NCBI GenBank assembly: GCA_965153355.1
Contig: OZ231126.1
Coordinates: 43,276,001 to 43,340,000, forward strand
Origin: Flaccisagitta enflata
Taxonomy: Eukaryota
Direction: 5' to 3'
Length of the DNA: 64,000 nt
Shown here: one piece after another, positions 40,077-53,894 of the stretch
Layout of the letters: each line of letters opens with the position of its first letter
Position numbering within the stretch: the first letter of the stretch is position 1
Notes under the pieces: model-generated
What the model saw: the letters and a program-made list of their open reading frames with translations, nothing else
What the model was told of the DNA's origin: nothing
The model's database searches: none
Made by a program: the position numbers and the translations under genes

Positions 40077-43000
40077 GTCATTTGTCATTTGTCATTTGTC
40101 ATTCGCGTTTCCAAACGCTTGCTTTGGCCTGTATGGTCTCGATATCAAACAACCTCACCACCGATAAATGTGGATATGAAGACTGTCTTGCTAGTGTCCA
40201 GTGTCCAGTGGCCTTCAATCGCGAGATCACGTAGTTCCCCCATCATCTCTTTTGACATCGAGCGAGTCGCCTTATGTAAATTAAGTTCAAACGACTCAGG
40301 AACCGTGAAACATCAGCGCGCAACTAGTTTGGTCACCATGTTACATGACAATAAAGAGTCAGGACGGAAATACAGACAGACAGATAACAATGTGCAAGAG
40401 TTTTGGTTCTTAAAGTTGTGGTGCACACGAACAGCAAATTTGGAAAGTCATTTTGCGTGAAATTCTTAATCTCTTTTGGTATGCAAAAAATTGTATTTCT
40501 AAAAATCTGACCGTTTTCTTATATGTTTTTAGAGTAGGACCATGTTTTTAATAATGCAGATTTTTGCATCAAAAGATAGATTAAGAATTTTGAGTAAGAC
40601 AAGTCAAAGAATAGGGGCTAATTTTATTTTATTTTTCTCAAGTTTTCCAACTGGTTTTGTACACATAAATGATTCTTAATGCAAATAAGTCAATCATATA
40701 TACTGAAAATATGATTTTTGTCCGCGACGGAATATTATAGCAAACTTACAGGGTTAGCGTCTTTTGGTTATAGCGATCTTATGGAATTGGTGATCTTTAA
40801 CCCCCCTCCGCCGCGGACCCAGATACTGTTCAGATTTTTTAAAAAGAATTGTAAACTTATCATTTTGACTTTTTTTTTTTTAATATAATTTGACCGTGGA
40901 AATTAAATTGGCCCTTCGTGTGCACCTTGACTTAAAGCACATCATTGCACCTGCCCAACCGTACTCATTCACTTCCATTTCCAATTACCTTATAACTATG
41001 AAAATTCATAAATGCTCCTAAACTTAGCACTCGCGTTTCATTTGACAACGTGATTGTGGCGGCGATTGCAGCTTTTTCTTCTTGATTGTTGAACTTGAGT
41101 TGATGAGAACTCAGTATCTTTTCTCCTTCCCCCACATAGACGCCACATGCGTGCGTCTTTCCCGTAACCTAGGGGGCCGGGAGGGGAGGGGGAATAGTAA
41201 ATATTATCATAAATTGAAAAAAAAAAAAAAAGACAGACAGACAGACAGAAAAATGGAAAAGGCAATGTCATATTGCAAAACAAAAGCAGTCAGAAACAAG
41301 GTAAACAATGCATTGAACACTAACCTTGCGAATACGGGCACATTCCTTATTCAACTATTTCTTGTAAGCTTTGACGCGAAATGCCGCCAAAGATTTCCCC
41401 ACTTTGTTCAATACCAAATAGCAATTGTCAGAAATTCTCAGTTTATCCATCATGTCTGTAGTGTTCGGGTGTGTCAATATGCAACAGGTTTTTTGATCAG
41501 ATGGTCATCATCAGGAATTATTGAAACATTGATTCTAAGATGCCTACCATTTTTCTTTTTTCAAATTTTATTCATCTTCCGTTTTTTTCTAAATCCCCAT
41601 TTAGCCCCTAATTTGTACATTGTAGTGCAGCTGGTTTTGCAGCTGGACTATTTATGACAAGGAAAAGAATCAAAACACATTGGTTTTTTTATTCTTTATA
41701 CTATAAAAAATTAGTCAAAATCTTCTGCCTTTATACAAGATGATTTAAAAATAGAAAAAACAATTTTTAAAATGATTTATTAATCTCATTTTCAACAAAA
41801 CTGGGTGCAGTCTCTAAAAATATATATATTTTTTACAATCTTTACATGCGCTAAAAAAACGGAAGATAATTAAAATTAGAAAAAATAAAAACGGTAAGTT
41901 TTTGTAATTAGTGTCTGTATACTCCCTGATGATGATGAGCTGATCAAAAGACCTTTTGCATATTGACACACCCGACTGTAGTGTCTTTGCGAGGGGAAAA
42001 TGTCTGCAGTTTTGGGTACCTTAGGCCAATATATTTGGCGCCACCGTAGCGATTTTTTTTATTTTCAGCTTCTCCCGTCGCCGTCGCGGCGTCGATTTGT
42101 TAGTGTCTTTGCGAGGGGTCTGCAGCGTAGTCGATGTGGCGCGGTGTTTTCCGCGCCGTGCACACAACGCTTTGTGTCCATGCCTTACATGTTATGCGAC
42201 ATAGGGAACAGTGAACTTGCTCTTTTCTTTGTTGCGATTTTCATGTTCCTGCCGTGCTCCAACGCTCGCGTATCGACTTCCACCAGCGAAGAGTTTTTAA
42301 AAGGCGTAAAAATTCCGTATATATCTGCCGATCACGCGGATGCCATAAATCATCATTGTCGCGTATTTGGTCCCCCGCGACGGCGCCCCTCTCCTTCTCC
42401 GCTGAATATCGACAAATGAGGACACAGCATTGCTTCGAACCCATGACTATATTCTTAAGAAAGGACCGCGCATGAAATGACAAAAACAAAGTTAACCGTT
42501 GACAAACTTGTGACATTCCTATGACATACCGATTTATTGGAGTGACATAATCGTATTCATTAAGAGAGAAAGAAACTAATGAAATAAAAGACAAAGACTC
42601 AGGTACTCAGAAATAAACTTGGGATCCTATATCGACTAAGCTATAAATGTAGAGCTGTCTTCTACAAGTGTATCTTCTCAACAGTATCAGTGAATCGTCT
42701 TTGCTGCCAATGATCATATGCTATTTGTACGGCTACACTTCATGTGTGAATACAAATCTTTACAATATCTCTTTCGCTGCGTACCTCCCGTTTCAATTTC
42801 GTATGCTTCCTCAAGATGAGACTTTAGGTGTATTTGATGGTTACTTTTATTTTTGCTGCAGCATCGGTTTTCCCCGCCGTGTTCTAACACCCCTGACTAG
42901 ATTCCGTTGATGCATGATGGTGAATGTTTTCAGGTCGGCGGTCGTAAGAAGCCACTCGCTGTGCGCGATTTCCAATATTTGTTACTGTCGCATAATTGTG

Positions 43001-43383
43001 TCACCCCTGAGGGGGCATCTTGACTTGGACTGGCTCAAATCACATTTATTTTTTTTTAAGAACACTGTTTACAAGAATAACAGCCTCCATTTTAGCAAAG
43101 TGATAAAAAACAAGGCCTGATACACAGCTACCCCAGTCGCATGCGGGTGGGCAGGGGCTATAATTGGGGTCAGAGGAACATTTGGGCAGGAGAAATAAGG
43201 CCAATACCCCAATTAACGCCAGAAAAATAATGTGACAGACGGACCAACCGACAAAGCATGGCGCAGTCGCATAGTACGTGACTAAAAACATTGAGCCTCA
43301 ATTCAAGAATCCATATTCATATATAAAAAAATGCGTGTACGAAAACTCCTCATTTGGTGTACAAATTTGTAAAAGCCTCATAG

Positions 43384-43447
<64 letters not shown>

Positions 43448-44768
43448 AGAATAGATTCATATATGCATCATTTGGGTGCTTCACATAGCAAAACTTGATT
43501 ATTTCTTTTTACCCTTTTTAGCTAATATAGGGTGGTTAATCTCAAGATTTTTATCATTTTTCTTTTATCAAAAATTGTTCATCTTCCGTTTTTTAGCAAT
43601 TTTATCTTGAGGACTTTATTTGTATAATGCAGTGAGATAAATCAATAAGCTGACAATCTTTGAATTAGCTACTACGTGTATTTCTTTTGATAGGAACGTC
43701 ACTTTTTGGGCAAGCCTTCAATATTCTTAAATTTTGAGCAGTTTCAAGGCTTAAATGTTCTTAAAATGTTCTTTAAATGTTCTTAATGTAAACACAGTTT
43801 GTAGTCTTTAATTAAAAATGCTCTTAATAAGTTTGAGTTTGTCATCAAAGAAAAAATATGGGAAAATGTCAATGAAACAATAAAGCAGCAGGTTTAAAAT
43901 TTTTAGTGAAACCACTTGTAAAAACAAAAAAAAATTACATGATTTTATCCTTGTTTATCATTTTCAATGGAAAAAGGAAGCTTTCGAGTATTTTTAGCAT
44001 GTTCTTAAATTTTAAAAGATATTGTTCTAAAATTTTTAAAGAAAAGAAGGCTTTGAATGTTCCTAGCATGTTTTAAAATTTTTGAGGATTTTAAGCCTAA
44101 CATTCTTATAAACTTGGTTCTTGTAAAAAAGAAATAAGTGTACTAATTTCTTCTCTCTAAAAAATTGTTAATCAGCTTTTCAAGTAAGCTCTGTTACAGT
44201 TTATATTCTGATATTTTAGTCTATTCTCACAAATACCATGATTTTTTAAAACAGATAATTGTCTTTTTAGTGACAAAACTACACAGGATTTTGCTGATTT
44301 CTGGGATCTTTGAGGAAACTTTAAAGCTAAAATAAAAACAGAAGATGAAGGAATTTTTAAAAAAAAAATTGATCATCATCATGATTTTTCTCCTCCTTAT
44401 TACCTAAATAGGGTGAAGGTCTACTCCAAACTTTTGCTATGTGAAGCACGCAAATGCATCATTTATATGAAATAATCCTGTCATTTTTTGTATGATTTAT
44501 CATTAAATTATCATTATTTTGACAAATTTCGGTCTGTTGAATCTTTCTCTGACGCGTAACGATCAAACCTAGAACTGCCACTTCAAATAGAGAGACGCCT
44601 AGCCGCTTACGTATTCAACGATGGCGCAGCTGTCAGGTTGCCGTGTGTTCTGAGTGTACTAGCTTTCTAACAATCGCGTACTAGTGGACCTCTATAATCT
44701 TTTGTCTTGTCACTGTTTGCATAGGCAACGTGCAACAAAGGCACCATATGTCAATTATGTCATGTAGT

Positions 44769-44840
<72 letters not shown>

Positions 44841-44991
44841 CTTCCTATATGATTGCTAATGACGCGATTCCCTATCGTGAACATTGAGGTTTTGGCCGAT
44901 CTAGGATTTTGTGGCTGATCAGGCAGGGTTCGAACTCATGAAGATTTTCGTGCAAGGTGCTTATGATGGTTCTTCGCTTGTTACGTTGAAA

Positions 44992-45025
<34 letters not shown>

Positions 45026-45035
45026 CTCGCTCTCG

Positions 45036-45080
<45 letters not shown>

Positions 45081-45797
45081 ACTGCTGAGCGTCCGAAAAG
45101 AAAAGAGCTTTGAGCGTTTGAAATGTAACAGTTTCGTACGTTCTAAACATGCAGGTTTCGAACGTGCGAAACGTTCAGGTTCAAGTGTAGAGCGACCAAG
45201 CGTGTTTGCTCAAGCGCCTACTTGTGACTAACTCTACTTGTCGATGGTGTTGGTGAAACTGAGTTGAAGAAAAACTTCGTAGCGTAATCGTTGAAGAAAA
45301 TCAGGCATAGGCGGAAAGTTGAGGAAGTAGTAAATTTCAAAACGTTCCCTAGAGTAAACGCTACGACATAATCGAATGAAATTTTCAGGAGTGGTAGAGA
45401 ACGACCATGAGAGGAAAATTAAGCTTCAACATTACAAGAAAAAAAACCTTATCTCACCTTTTTACTAATTTTAATACTACTTCCACTACATTTAGTGTTT
45501 AGTATGAAGGATGATAAAAGTGGCCAATGTCGCAGCTTAAAATTTCTGTCAAGAGTCTAGGCTACCAAAAACCGTCTTTGCTTTTTCACTCTCTTTTATA
45601 GTTTAGCCTAGAGAACATCTAGAAAATTACATATTTTTTACTTTTTCAAACTTAGTTCAGATTATGCAATAGGGGGTATCGGGTCCGTCAGGCACTATTC
45701 ATTACTTTTAATTAAGTAGAAGTTTTGAGCACATGTTACCCTTAATCTTCCTCCATTTCTTTTTCTTCTTGTTATTCTTCTCCTTCTTCTTCTAATT

Positions 45798-45981
45798 CTT
45801 TGTCGCGTGCACGAGACTCTACACCCCGCTTTGTCCGTCGGTAGGTCGGTTGGTCACACTTTAATTTTTTATGAATTTTATTTTTGGACCTCACTGCTCC
45901 TGCCCAAATGGTCAAGTGACCTCAAATATGGCCCCTGCCCACCCGCACGCGACTTCGGTAGCCGTGTATCCGGCCTTGTTC
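45798..45981 (+). mobile_element. HINE-like family A, complete short copy
   Basis: 5' TTT-GTCGCGTGC-ACGAGAC hairpin; 3' subTIR GCACGCGAC, then GCCGTGTATCCGGC hairpin and CTTGTT. Related copies at ~36156-36347, 38579-38758, 39168-39343, 43108-43288, 58090-58245 and 60551-60698. Confidence 0.8.
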
Positions 45982-48833
45982 TTTTTCCTTTTCTTCTTCT
46001 ATTTTTTCTTTTTCTTTTTCTTCTTTATCATCATCTACCATCATCAACGTTGTTCCTCTTTATTCCCGCTTCTTTTACTCCCTTACTTTTCCCGACGGCG
46101 AACAAAGTGAATAGAATTGATTACGTAGGAATCTCTCATTTATCATTAATCAATCAAATACCAGATATCGGTGACAGATATTGCTAATGAGTTGATAAAG
46201 AGATATCAAAGACTTGAAAACAATATGCAAGGATTGATTGACACCAAGTATAAGCAGATGCAAATTTATATTTTTAATCTAAACGTTTGAAAGCTTTCTT
46301 TATGTGAGTGAGAGAAGGAAAAAAAACATTTTAGCGGTATTTTGAACAGAAATCATTTTTAAACCTAACTAAGTGGAATATTGTGGAATTTTAAAATCAG
46401 TAACAAAGAAAAGAAAATGAAAACAAGGTCATGTAGGCCAATGAGGTGCGCCGTGTGGATCGTCGGACGAATGCGTTACCAACAGACAGACAGACCGACC
46501 AACGGACACAGCCAGTTTTAGAGGTGCTTTGGCGCACCTAAAAAATAGATAATTGGTCGCTTGGTCGGTTGGCGGTCACGTAAACGTTTGAAATGCACAA
46601 ATTCTTAATCAGCGAGGCGCACTCATTGGCCATAGCTTGGCCTTGTTAATCTAAACGTTGGAGGTCCTACTTTCTGTGAAAGGGAGAAATAGTCGCAAAA
46701 GCGTTAGATGGTCAGCGGTACCCGTGCCCTGCCTAAGTAGGTTGTGGTTGAAGTTGAGGGGGGAGCAGGGCAGCGGCCCCGAAGGGGTCAATGACCTATG
46801 CTTTCACACATATGGGGGATTTTCTCCTTCTCCTCCTGAGTTTTGGGCCTCAAAGCCAGGATGTGGGCCTCTTGGCTGAGATTTTGACATTGAGGCTGAG
46901 ATTTGGGCCTCAAGACTGAAATCTGGGCCTCCAGGCTAGGATTTAGGCCTTGAGGCTAGGATTTGGGCCTTGAGGCTGGGATGTGGGCCTCAAAACTGGG
47001 ATTTGAGCCTCGAGACCGGAATTTGGTCCTCGAGACTGGGATTCGAGGGGGGGGACGTAGGAGAAGAAGGAGAAGGAGAAAATTCCCCATAGGTGTGAAA
47101 GCATAGGTCATCGACCCCTTCGGGGCCGCTGCCCAAAAAGACTATTAAGCGATATTTTCTAACAGTAAAGTAAAAAAAGTCGCAAAAGCGTTAAGTGGTC
47201 AGCGGTACCCGTGCCCTGCTTAGGTAAGTCATGATTAAATATGAGGGTGGGAGCAGGGCAACGGCCCCAAAGGGGTCAATGACCTATGCTTTCACACAAA
47301 AAAATTTTCTCCTTCTTCTCCTCCTTCTTCTCCTTCTCCTTCTCCTTCTCCTCCGTCCCCCCTCCCCCAACCTCCAGGCCCATATCTCAGCCTCGAGGCC
47401 CATATCACAGCCTCAAGGCCCAAATCCCAGTCTTTAGGCCCAAATCCCTTGACGCTGGGATTGGGGCCTCAAATATGGGATTTAGGCCTTAAGATGGGAT
47501 TTGTGCCTTGAGGTTGGGATTCGGACCTCAAGACTAGGATTTGGGCCTTGAGGCTTGGATATGGGCCTCAAGGCTGAAATATGGGCCTGGAGGTTAGGGG
47601 GGGGACAAAGAAGAAGGAGAAGAAGGAGAAAATTCCCCTGTGTGAAAGTATAGGTCATCCACCCCTTCGGGGCCGCTGCCCAACAAGGGATAAACACAGG
47701 TATGTGAAATAATGCGAAATAGTTGGGGTGGGTCTGTTCACCCAGAAACAATGATAAGGCAGTAAACACGGCAACCTTTGTTGTGTACGGATGGGCAGGG
47801 GTGGTGAAGCAACAGGCTGGTGAGGCACTATGGCGACGGCGGCGACGAACCCGCTCTAACGGATTTTAGGAGACAAACAGATTTGGTTATAGCCAATGCA
47901 AAAGTAAAAAGAAAACTGATTGAAGAGACCAAAAATTGTTTTCTGTTGTAGGCGGAATTCCATTAGAAACGGGTCCAATAGAGCGGGGTTTAACTGTACG
48001 CGACTTTAGAAAATAGGCAAAGGAATGCTCATTTTATCACTCAGGGACCAACATTTAGACCGGCCGGTCTACTCCAGACCGAAGATTGATTCGTGCTCAC
48101 ATTAGGCTATGAAGGTAAAGTAGTAAATACCCTGCCATCAATTACAACTGTAACGAAAGAAACCTTTATTTCGCGTAGAGTATTTATATTGAAGAATTCT
48201 GCTTTGTATCTTCTGACAGTATATGATCTACCATTTTTTCATGCAAAATTTCAATACTCCAGCTCAAATGGTTTGGCCACAATACCCATTTGAATGAAAA
48301 AGTTGTTAGGCTAGTTTGAACAAATTTTGATTTTGAAAATATTTGAATGTTTGCTCAAATTTTTTACATTGTGAACAAATTCTGCAAAATGCAAAAAATT
48401 GATGTATCAACAAGTATTCTTGACTAATCTGGCCATTCTTATTCAATTTGCTTAAATTTCGAACAGTTTTTGCATGAAAAATTGCTTAAAAATGATGTTT
48501 TTTAGGAAAATCTTGTCAAATTTGAAAATCATGTAAAAACCAAACCGCTCAAACCGTGATATGTCATCTCTCAAAACACTTCCGCGATCCAGGGCTAGAT
48601 CTTGATGCAGCATCTGGCCATATTCTCCATACTCTCTTTAAAGTAAGAAGCCAGATCTGGCCCTCTTAACAACATCACAATCTGGAGCAAGAAAGCAATC
48701 CAATATAGCATGTGTTGGTCGACTTCAGGATCCTGATTCTCTTTCTTTCCTTTTCACTCTACTATTATTCACTTATTCACTCTTTCACTCTCTCTCTTTT
48801 TCTTTCTTTCTTTCTTTCTTTCTTTCTCTCTCT

Positions 48834-48917
<84 letters not shown>

Positions 48918-49304
48918 GTTTTATGAAGAAATACAATTTTCATGTGTTTAACTACCAGTACTTTTTATAACTTGTAACATCCTTCCTCATCATATGATAG
49001 CTTTAAAGGCATCAACAAGACCAAGCGACGTTCAATAGGTGCATCGTGCTGAGACACAATATAGCCTAAGGAATAATAGATGAAGGAACAACGAGCATTT
49101 GAAAAAAAAATGAAAGTATATTTAGATCTGACTTCAGTGACAGAGTTCTGTTGAATCAAAAAAAATGCCCAAATTTTAGTCAATTTTAACAATAACTCCC
49201 ATGAACCCCAAGGTGTCTCTAAACTTTTTTCCTAGATAGTATCATCAGTAAAATCGGGTGATTTTGTGATTTCATGTTACCTCTCATCATTCATCTGAAA
49301 AAAG

Positions 49305-49431
49305 GTTGCTGCAAAAAAGCTGATTGCTCTGATTACCGAGGTCACTTATCAAGAACCAGATCTGGCAAAACCTGTCAAGCTTGGAATGTGGAAACACCTC
49401 ATAAAAAATATTGGCCGGATATGCTAACCAA
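49305..49431 (+). CDS. Kringle domain, exon A (upstream exons not identified)
   Basis: CCKKADCSDYRGHLSRTRSGKTCQAWNVETPHKK matches the kringle pattern YRG...T.SG.TCQ.W....PH. GTAAGT donor at 49432. The acceptor (AAAG) is weak, so the start is approximate. Confidence 0.85.
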
Positions 49432-49541
49432 GTAAGTTGTTTGATGATTGTGTGTACAATCCAGGTTTTATTTCAAGAATTTGTTTTGAAACTTTTAATA
49501 ATAGTATTTTGGCAAAATCGGAAATTTGTTTTTTTTTTCAG

Positions 49542-49665
49542 GTTTCCACAGGCTGGTTTGGATTCTAATTACTGCAGGAATCCCAATGAACACGATGAGG
49601 CTTGGTGTTACACTATGGATCCCAATACAAGATGGGAGGCTTGTGATGTGCCAAAATGTGTGTGA
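49542..49665 (+). CDS. Kringle domain, terminal exon B
   Basis: Poly-T CAG acceptor in matching phase (AA+G = Lys). Reads FPQAGLDSNYCRNPNEHDEAWCYTMDPNTRWEACDVPKCV*. AATAAA at 49698-49703. Confidence 0.92.
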
Positions 49666-49884
49666 AATGCACGGCAGGCATATCGACGAAGTAGAATAAT
49701 AAAAATGTCTTCTTACATGGTATACGTTGTTTAAACCGATCTCTACGATTGCCTTGTACAGTAAGTAATAATAGATTAAAAAGTTTGAACAGATTTTGAT
49801 TTCTTTCTTACTTTTTTTTAGAATTTCTCTTTTTTGTTTCAGACACTTGTTCTGCAATGAAAGTCTGTTGAGGTTGAACGTAAC

Positions 49885-50260
49885 TGACGACGACGACAAT
49901 AACAACAACAACAAGAACAGCGACGACGACGACAACGACGACGACGACAACGACGACACACCGACGACGACACACCGACGACGAAACACCGACAACGACA
50001 ACGACAACGACAGCGACAACAACGACAACGACAACGACAACGACAATGACAACGACAGCAACGACAACGACAACGACAACAAAAACAATGACGACGACAA
50101 CAAAAACAACAACAACGACAACAAAAACAACGACAATGACAAAAAAAACAACGACAACGACAACAAAAACGACAACAACGACAACAACAACATCGACAAC
50201 AAAAACAATGACAACGACAACGACAACGACAACAACGACAACGACAACAACGACAACGAC
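49885..50260. repeat. Compound (GAC/AAC)n trinucleotide tract
   Basis: Read directly from the sequence. Confidence 0.95.
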
Positions 50261-50657
50261 TAAAATGACGAGGGCGATCTCGAAGAAAATGATGAAACCG
50301 ATCGATCAAAGAGCTAGAAATTGAATGAACTAGTTGTAAGATGAATGAAAGAGTGAACCAATGATAGTGAATAATGAACGAGTAAGCGCAATGTTGAAAG
50401 ATCTCTGTGCACTAACTGTATCTATTTCCTTGATACTATCGGTCTCTTCTGCACTACTTGAATGATGTTTTCATCTTTCAAGAGTGCTCGTGCTAGAAAT
50501 TGAGCAAAGAATCATCGACTAAGTTGACATCGGTGGTAAAAACATAAATTTGATCACATTTCGTAAAAGACATATGAATATGGCTGCCGTGAATGTGAAA
50601 TGTGTGTGTATGTGTGAGTGAGTGAGTGAGTGGATAAGTGCGTGAATGTGTGTGTGT

Positions 50658-50711
<54 letters not shown>

Positions 50712-50741
50712 GTGTGCGTGTGGGTGTGTATGTGTGTGTTT

Positions 50742-50833
<92 letters not shown>

Positions 50834-51172
50834 CTGTGCTTTAAAATAAATCTGAGTGAAAAATCACATGGAAGAGGGCTTCTCTACATTTTTGTGTAGC
50901 ATTGGGCTGATATACATGTAACTAGTAAAAATGAATTCAAGTGTTTTTTGAGAAATCTTCAAAATAGAACAAAATGAAACCCAGTCAATAAAAAATAGCT
51001 ATTTGTTGGAACCTATTAAGCTTGTTTGCAAGTTTGTATAACAACAGAATGAATATTCGATGACTTGTTACCACTACCTGCAATATGCTAATGAGATATA
51101 TATCAGTTTGGGTATAGTGAGGGATATTGTTCCACCTATCATGCTAATGAAATATGAATCGCTGTATGCAAT

Positions 51173-51205
<33 letters not shown>

Positions 51206-51654
51206 ATCAAAGAGCACGCTATCTGGACAGAATTTTTGTTCCTGGAACTTGTAGTGTTGTCTTCGATCAAGAATCAGTATATTTAGAGCAATCAAGATCT
51301 GGCTAACCTTTTCCCTTCCTGATAGCGATTCCCAGATCCAGCATCAAGATATGGGGTCGGATTTGGGGCCCCTTCTGAGAAACGACATACCAGCTCAAAC
51401 CAGTGCTTTGAAATTTTGCATGAACAAATGGTAGCTTATGTGCTTTTAGATGAAACAAAACAGAATTCCTCAATATTCATACTATAAGCGTAATAAAGAT
51501 TTTTTTTGTTACAGTTGTATTTGATGACAGGGTAGGTATTCAGCCGCCTATGACAAGAGAGTTTGGAAACTTGAAATGAGGAGATATAAACACATTTGGA
51601 AAAATGTGGAAATGGGAATATGTTACAACAAAAACGTGAGAGCGGAATACGAAG

Positions 51655-51705
<51 letters not shown>

Positions 51706-52544
51706 CTAGCCATCCAAGGTTCGCACATGATCTGCGGTACCCGATGTCTGGATCGAGAGCAGGCCAACGGCCTCAAAGAGGCACTGTAGAACACAGGCGT
51801 GAATTTCCAGACTTCCTTAGGGGGTTTATTTCAGGCCTCAGATGACTGGATTTGAGGATTATAGGAGTGATTTGAGGCCTGGAGAGCTGATTTGAGGTCC
51901 TTAGGGCAGATTTGAGGTCTGGAGGGCAGGCATGAGCACTGGAGGGTAGAGGGTAGACTTGTGGCACAGAGGGCTTATTTGAGGCCTGGAGGGCTGATGT
52001 GAGGCTTAAAGTGCTAAATTTAGGCTTTGGAAGGCCTATATTAGGGCTTGAAGGGCAAAAGTCAGGCCTGAATGTTGATTTGGGGTTATCTTAGTGGGGG
52101 GACAGACAAACGGATCGACAAATGGAAGGACAGATGTATGTCCCGAAATTCACCCCTATGTCTTACAGGACATCGGCCCTACCGCTGCCCAAAGAGGACA
52201 AAAGGGCAGAAGAAAGGATATTAAGAACCCAGTTCTTATCAATGCAGCAAATGGAATCGCTAACAAACAACCGAGCACCTTATCAGACGCGCGCAAATAC
52301 AAACACACACTTCCACCACCTGATACAAACTAGAAAGAACATTGAGAGAAAGAGGTAAGTTAGGTAACGATAACAAAACGAGAGAGAGAGAGAGAGAGAC
52401 GATAGGCAGATCTGGAGACAGGAGGAAGAAAATAATGTGAAGAAGATAAAGGAGAGCCATGAAGAAGAAAAATAGGACATGTGAGGCGATGAGTTCAAAG
52501 TTCGGAAAGAAATGTGAGAGAAGTATATAAAGAAAAAAAGAATA

Positions 52545-52617
<73 letters not shown>

Positions 52618-53133
52618 CAGTACGTTAGGAGCAATGAGGTCCTCAAAACGAGGGTCACTTTCTTCTTCACTGTTTTGATTAAGTAGTGTAGATTTTAGGT
52701 CTTTTTTTAAAGCTGTTGGGCGAGAGCTTTAAGCGAATTTAGTTTTATACCATTAGCTGTAACGTTTGACAAAAAAAAAAGTAAGTGTGCAACACCTCTT
52801 TGGATTCTAACCTGTGACTCTGAAAGGGAAAGTTGTTTTACATAAGTTTAGCACTCTACCAAAAAAAGTTATTGCGCCAAAGGGAATTAATTCATGAGTT
52901 ATTTCAAGACGGGGTTAACTCAATAATTGTCAGTTTTGTTTTGACCATCAGCTTTCAAAAAAAAGTATGAGGTTTTTCATTCAATCAAAGAAACTGTACA
53001 GGGCCCCCTTTGTACTGGCCATATAGCTCCTAATGTGCTGTACTCAGACTGAACGACACAAGCAGACAGACCGGCAAACAGATAAACCGAAAGACAAACA
53101 GAAAGACAATAAATAATACAGACAGACAGACAT

Positions 53134-53164
<31 letters not shown>

Positions 53165-53894
53165 TACAGACAGACAGACAGACAGACAGGAAAACAGACA
53201 GACAGAGCAGAATTCGTCCGCCGCAAGGAAGCAAAGAGCGCGAGGTAGATGATAAAGAAAACGGTGAAGGTAAAATAACGTCATAATCGTCTATTTCTCA
53301 GAGGCCCATTGCCTTCAAAGATGGTGAGATGGCACCACTGAGCAAGAGAGAGAGAGAGAAACTTCCAAGCTTCGTGCTCGGGACTTTTTCCCGGGGCTAA
53401 AAAAAAGTTTGTAGTCCTGTTCAAATGATGGATGAATAGGAAAGGGGAGAAAAAACAGTGAGTAGTAAGTAAGGTAGAGCTGGTGTAAGCTGGTGGTTTT
53501 GATTTACAGTGGAACCCCGCGATAACGGATTTCAAGGGACTAGTTGTTTTTTTTTTTCGGTTGTGCTGAATTCCGCTGTTGTCAATTTGACTATTCTTGA
53601 TCATGATTTAGCAAAAAATAACAAAAGCTTTGACGCAGCAAGACAGAACACGCCTTGTAACAAAAAGATAACGTGAAAAGCGATAATGAAAATAAAAAGG
53701 TACTGATAAGTATTGGGTAAAAAGAATGTCACAATGACAGACTGGCAGACAGACAGACAGGAAGAAAGGCAATTAGGAAGACAGAAAGATTGACATTTGA
53801 ACGAATCCCAATTGACAGAAAGAGATAATCAGACCAAAAGAGAAACAAGGTCTGATACACGGCAATCCAGTCGCGGACGGTTGGGCAGGAGCAG

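Larger units (their letters stand above)
48130..51532. mobile_element. TA-flanked TIR element (CCCTG ends) enclosing kringle exons
   Basis: TA|CCCTGCCATCAATTACAACTGTAA pairs with TTACAGTTGTATTTGATGACAGGG|TA. Further inverted blocks lie at ~48160-48260/51405-51500 and ~48560-48670/51285-51390. Confidence 0.7.

Noticed and set aside
42000-42419. 139-aa ORF with a signal-peptide-like stretch
   Set aside because: No recognisable domain or clear splice structure, so it is unsupported without expression data.
49796-50324. Asn/Asp- or Thr-rich protein
   Set aside because: Trinucleotide repeat downstream of the kringle poly(A) signal.
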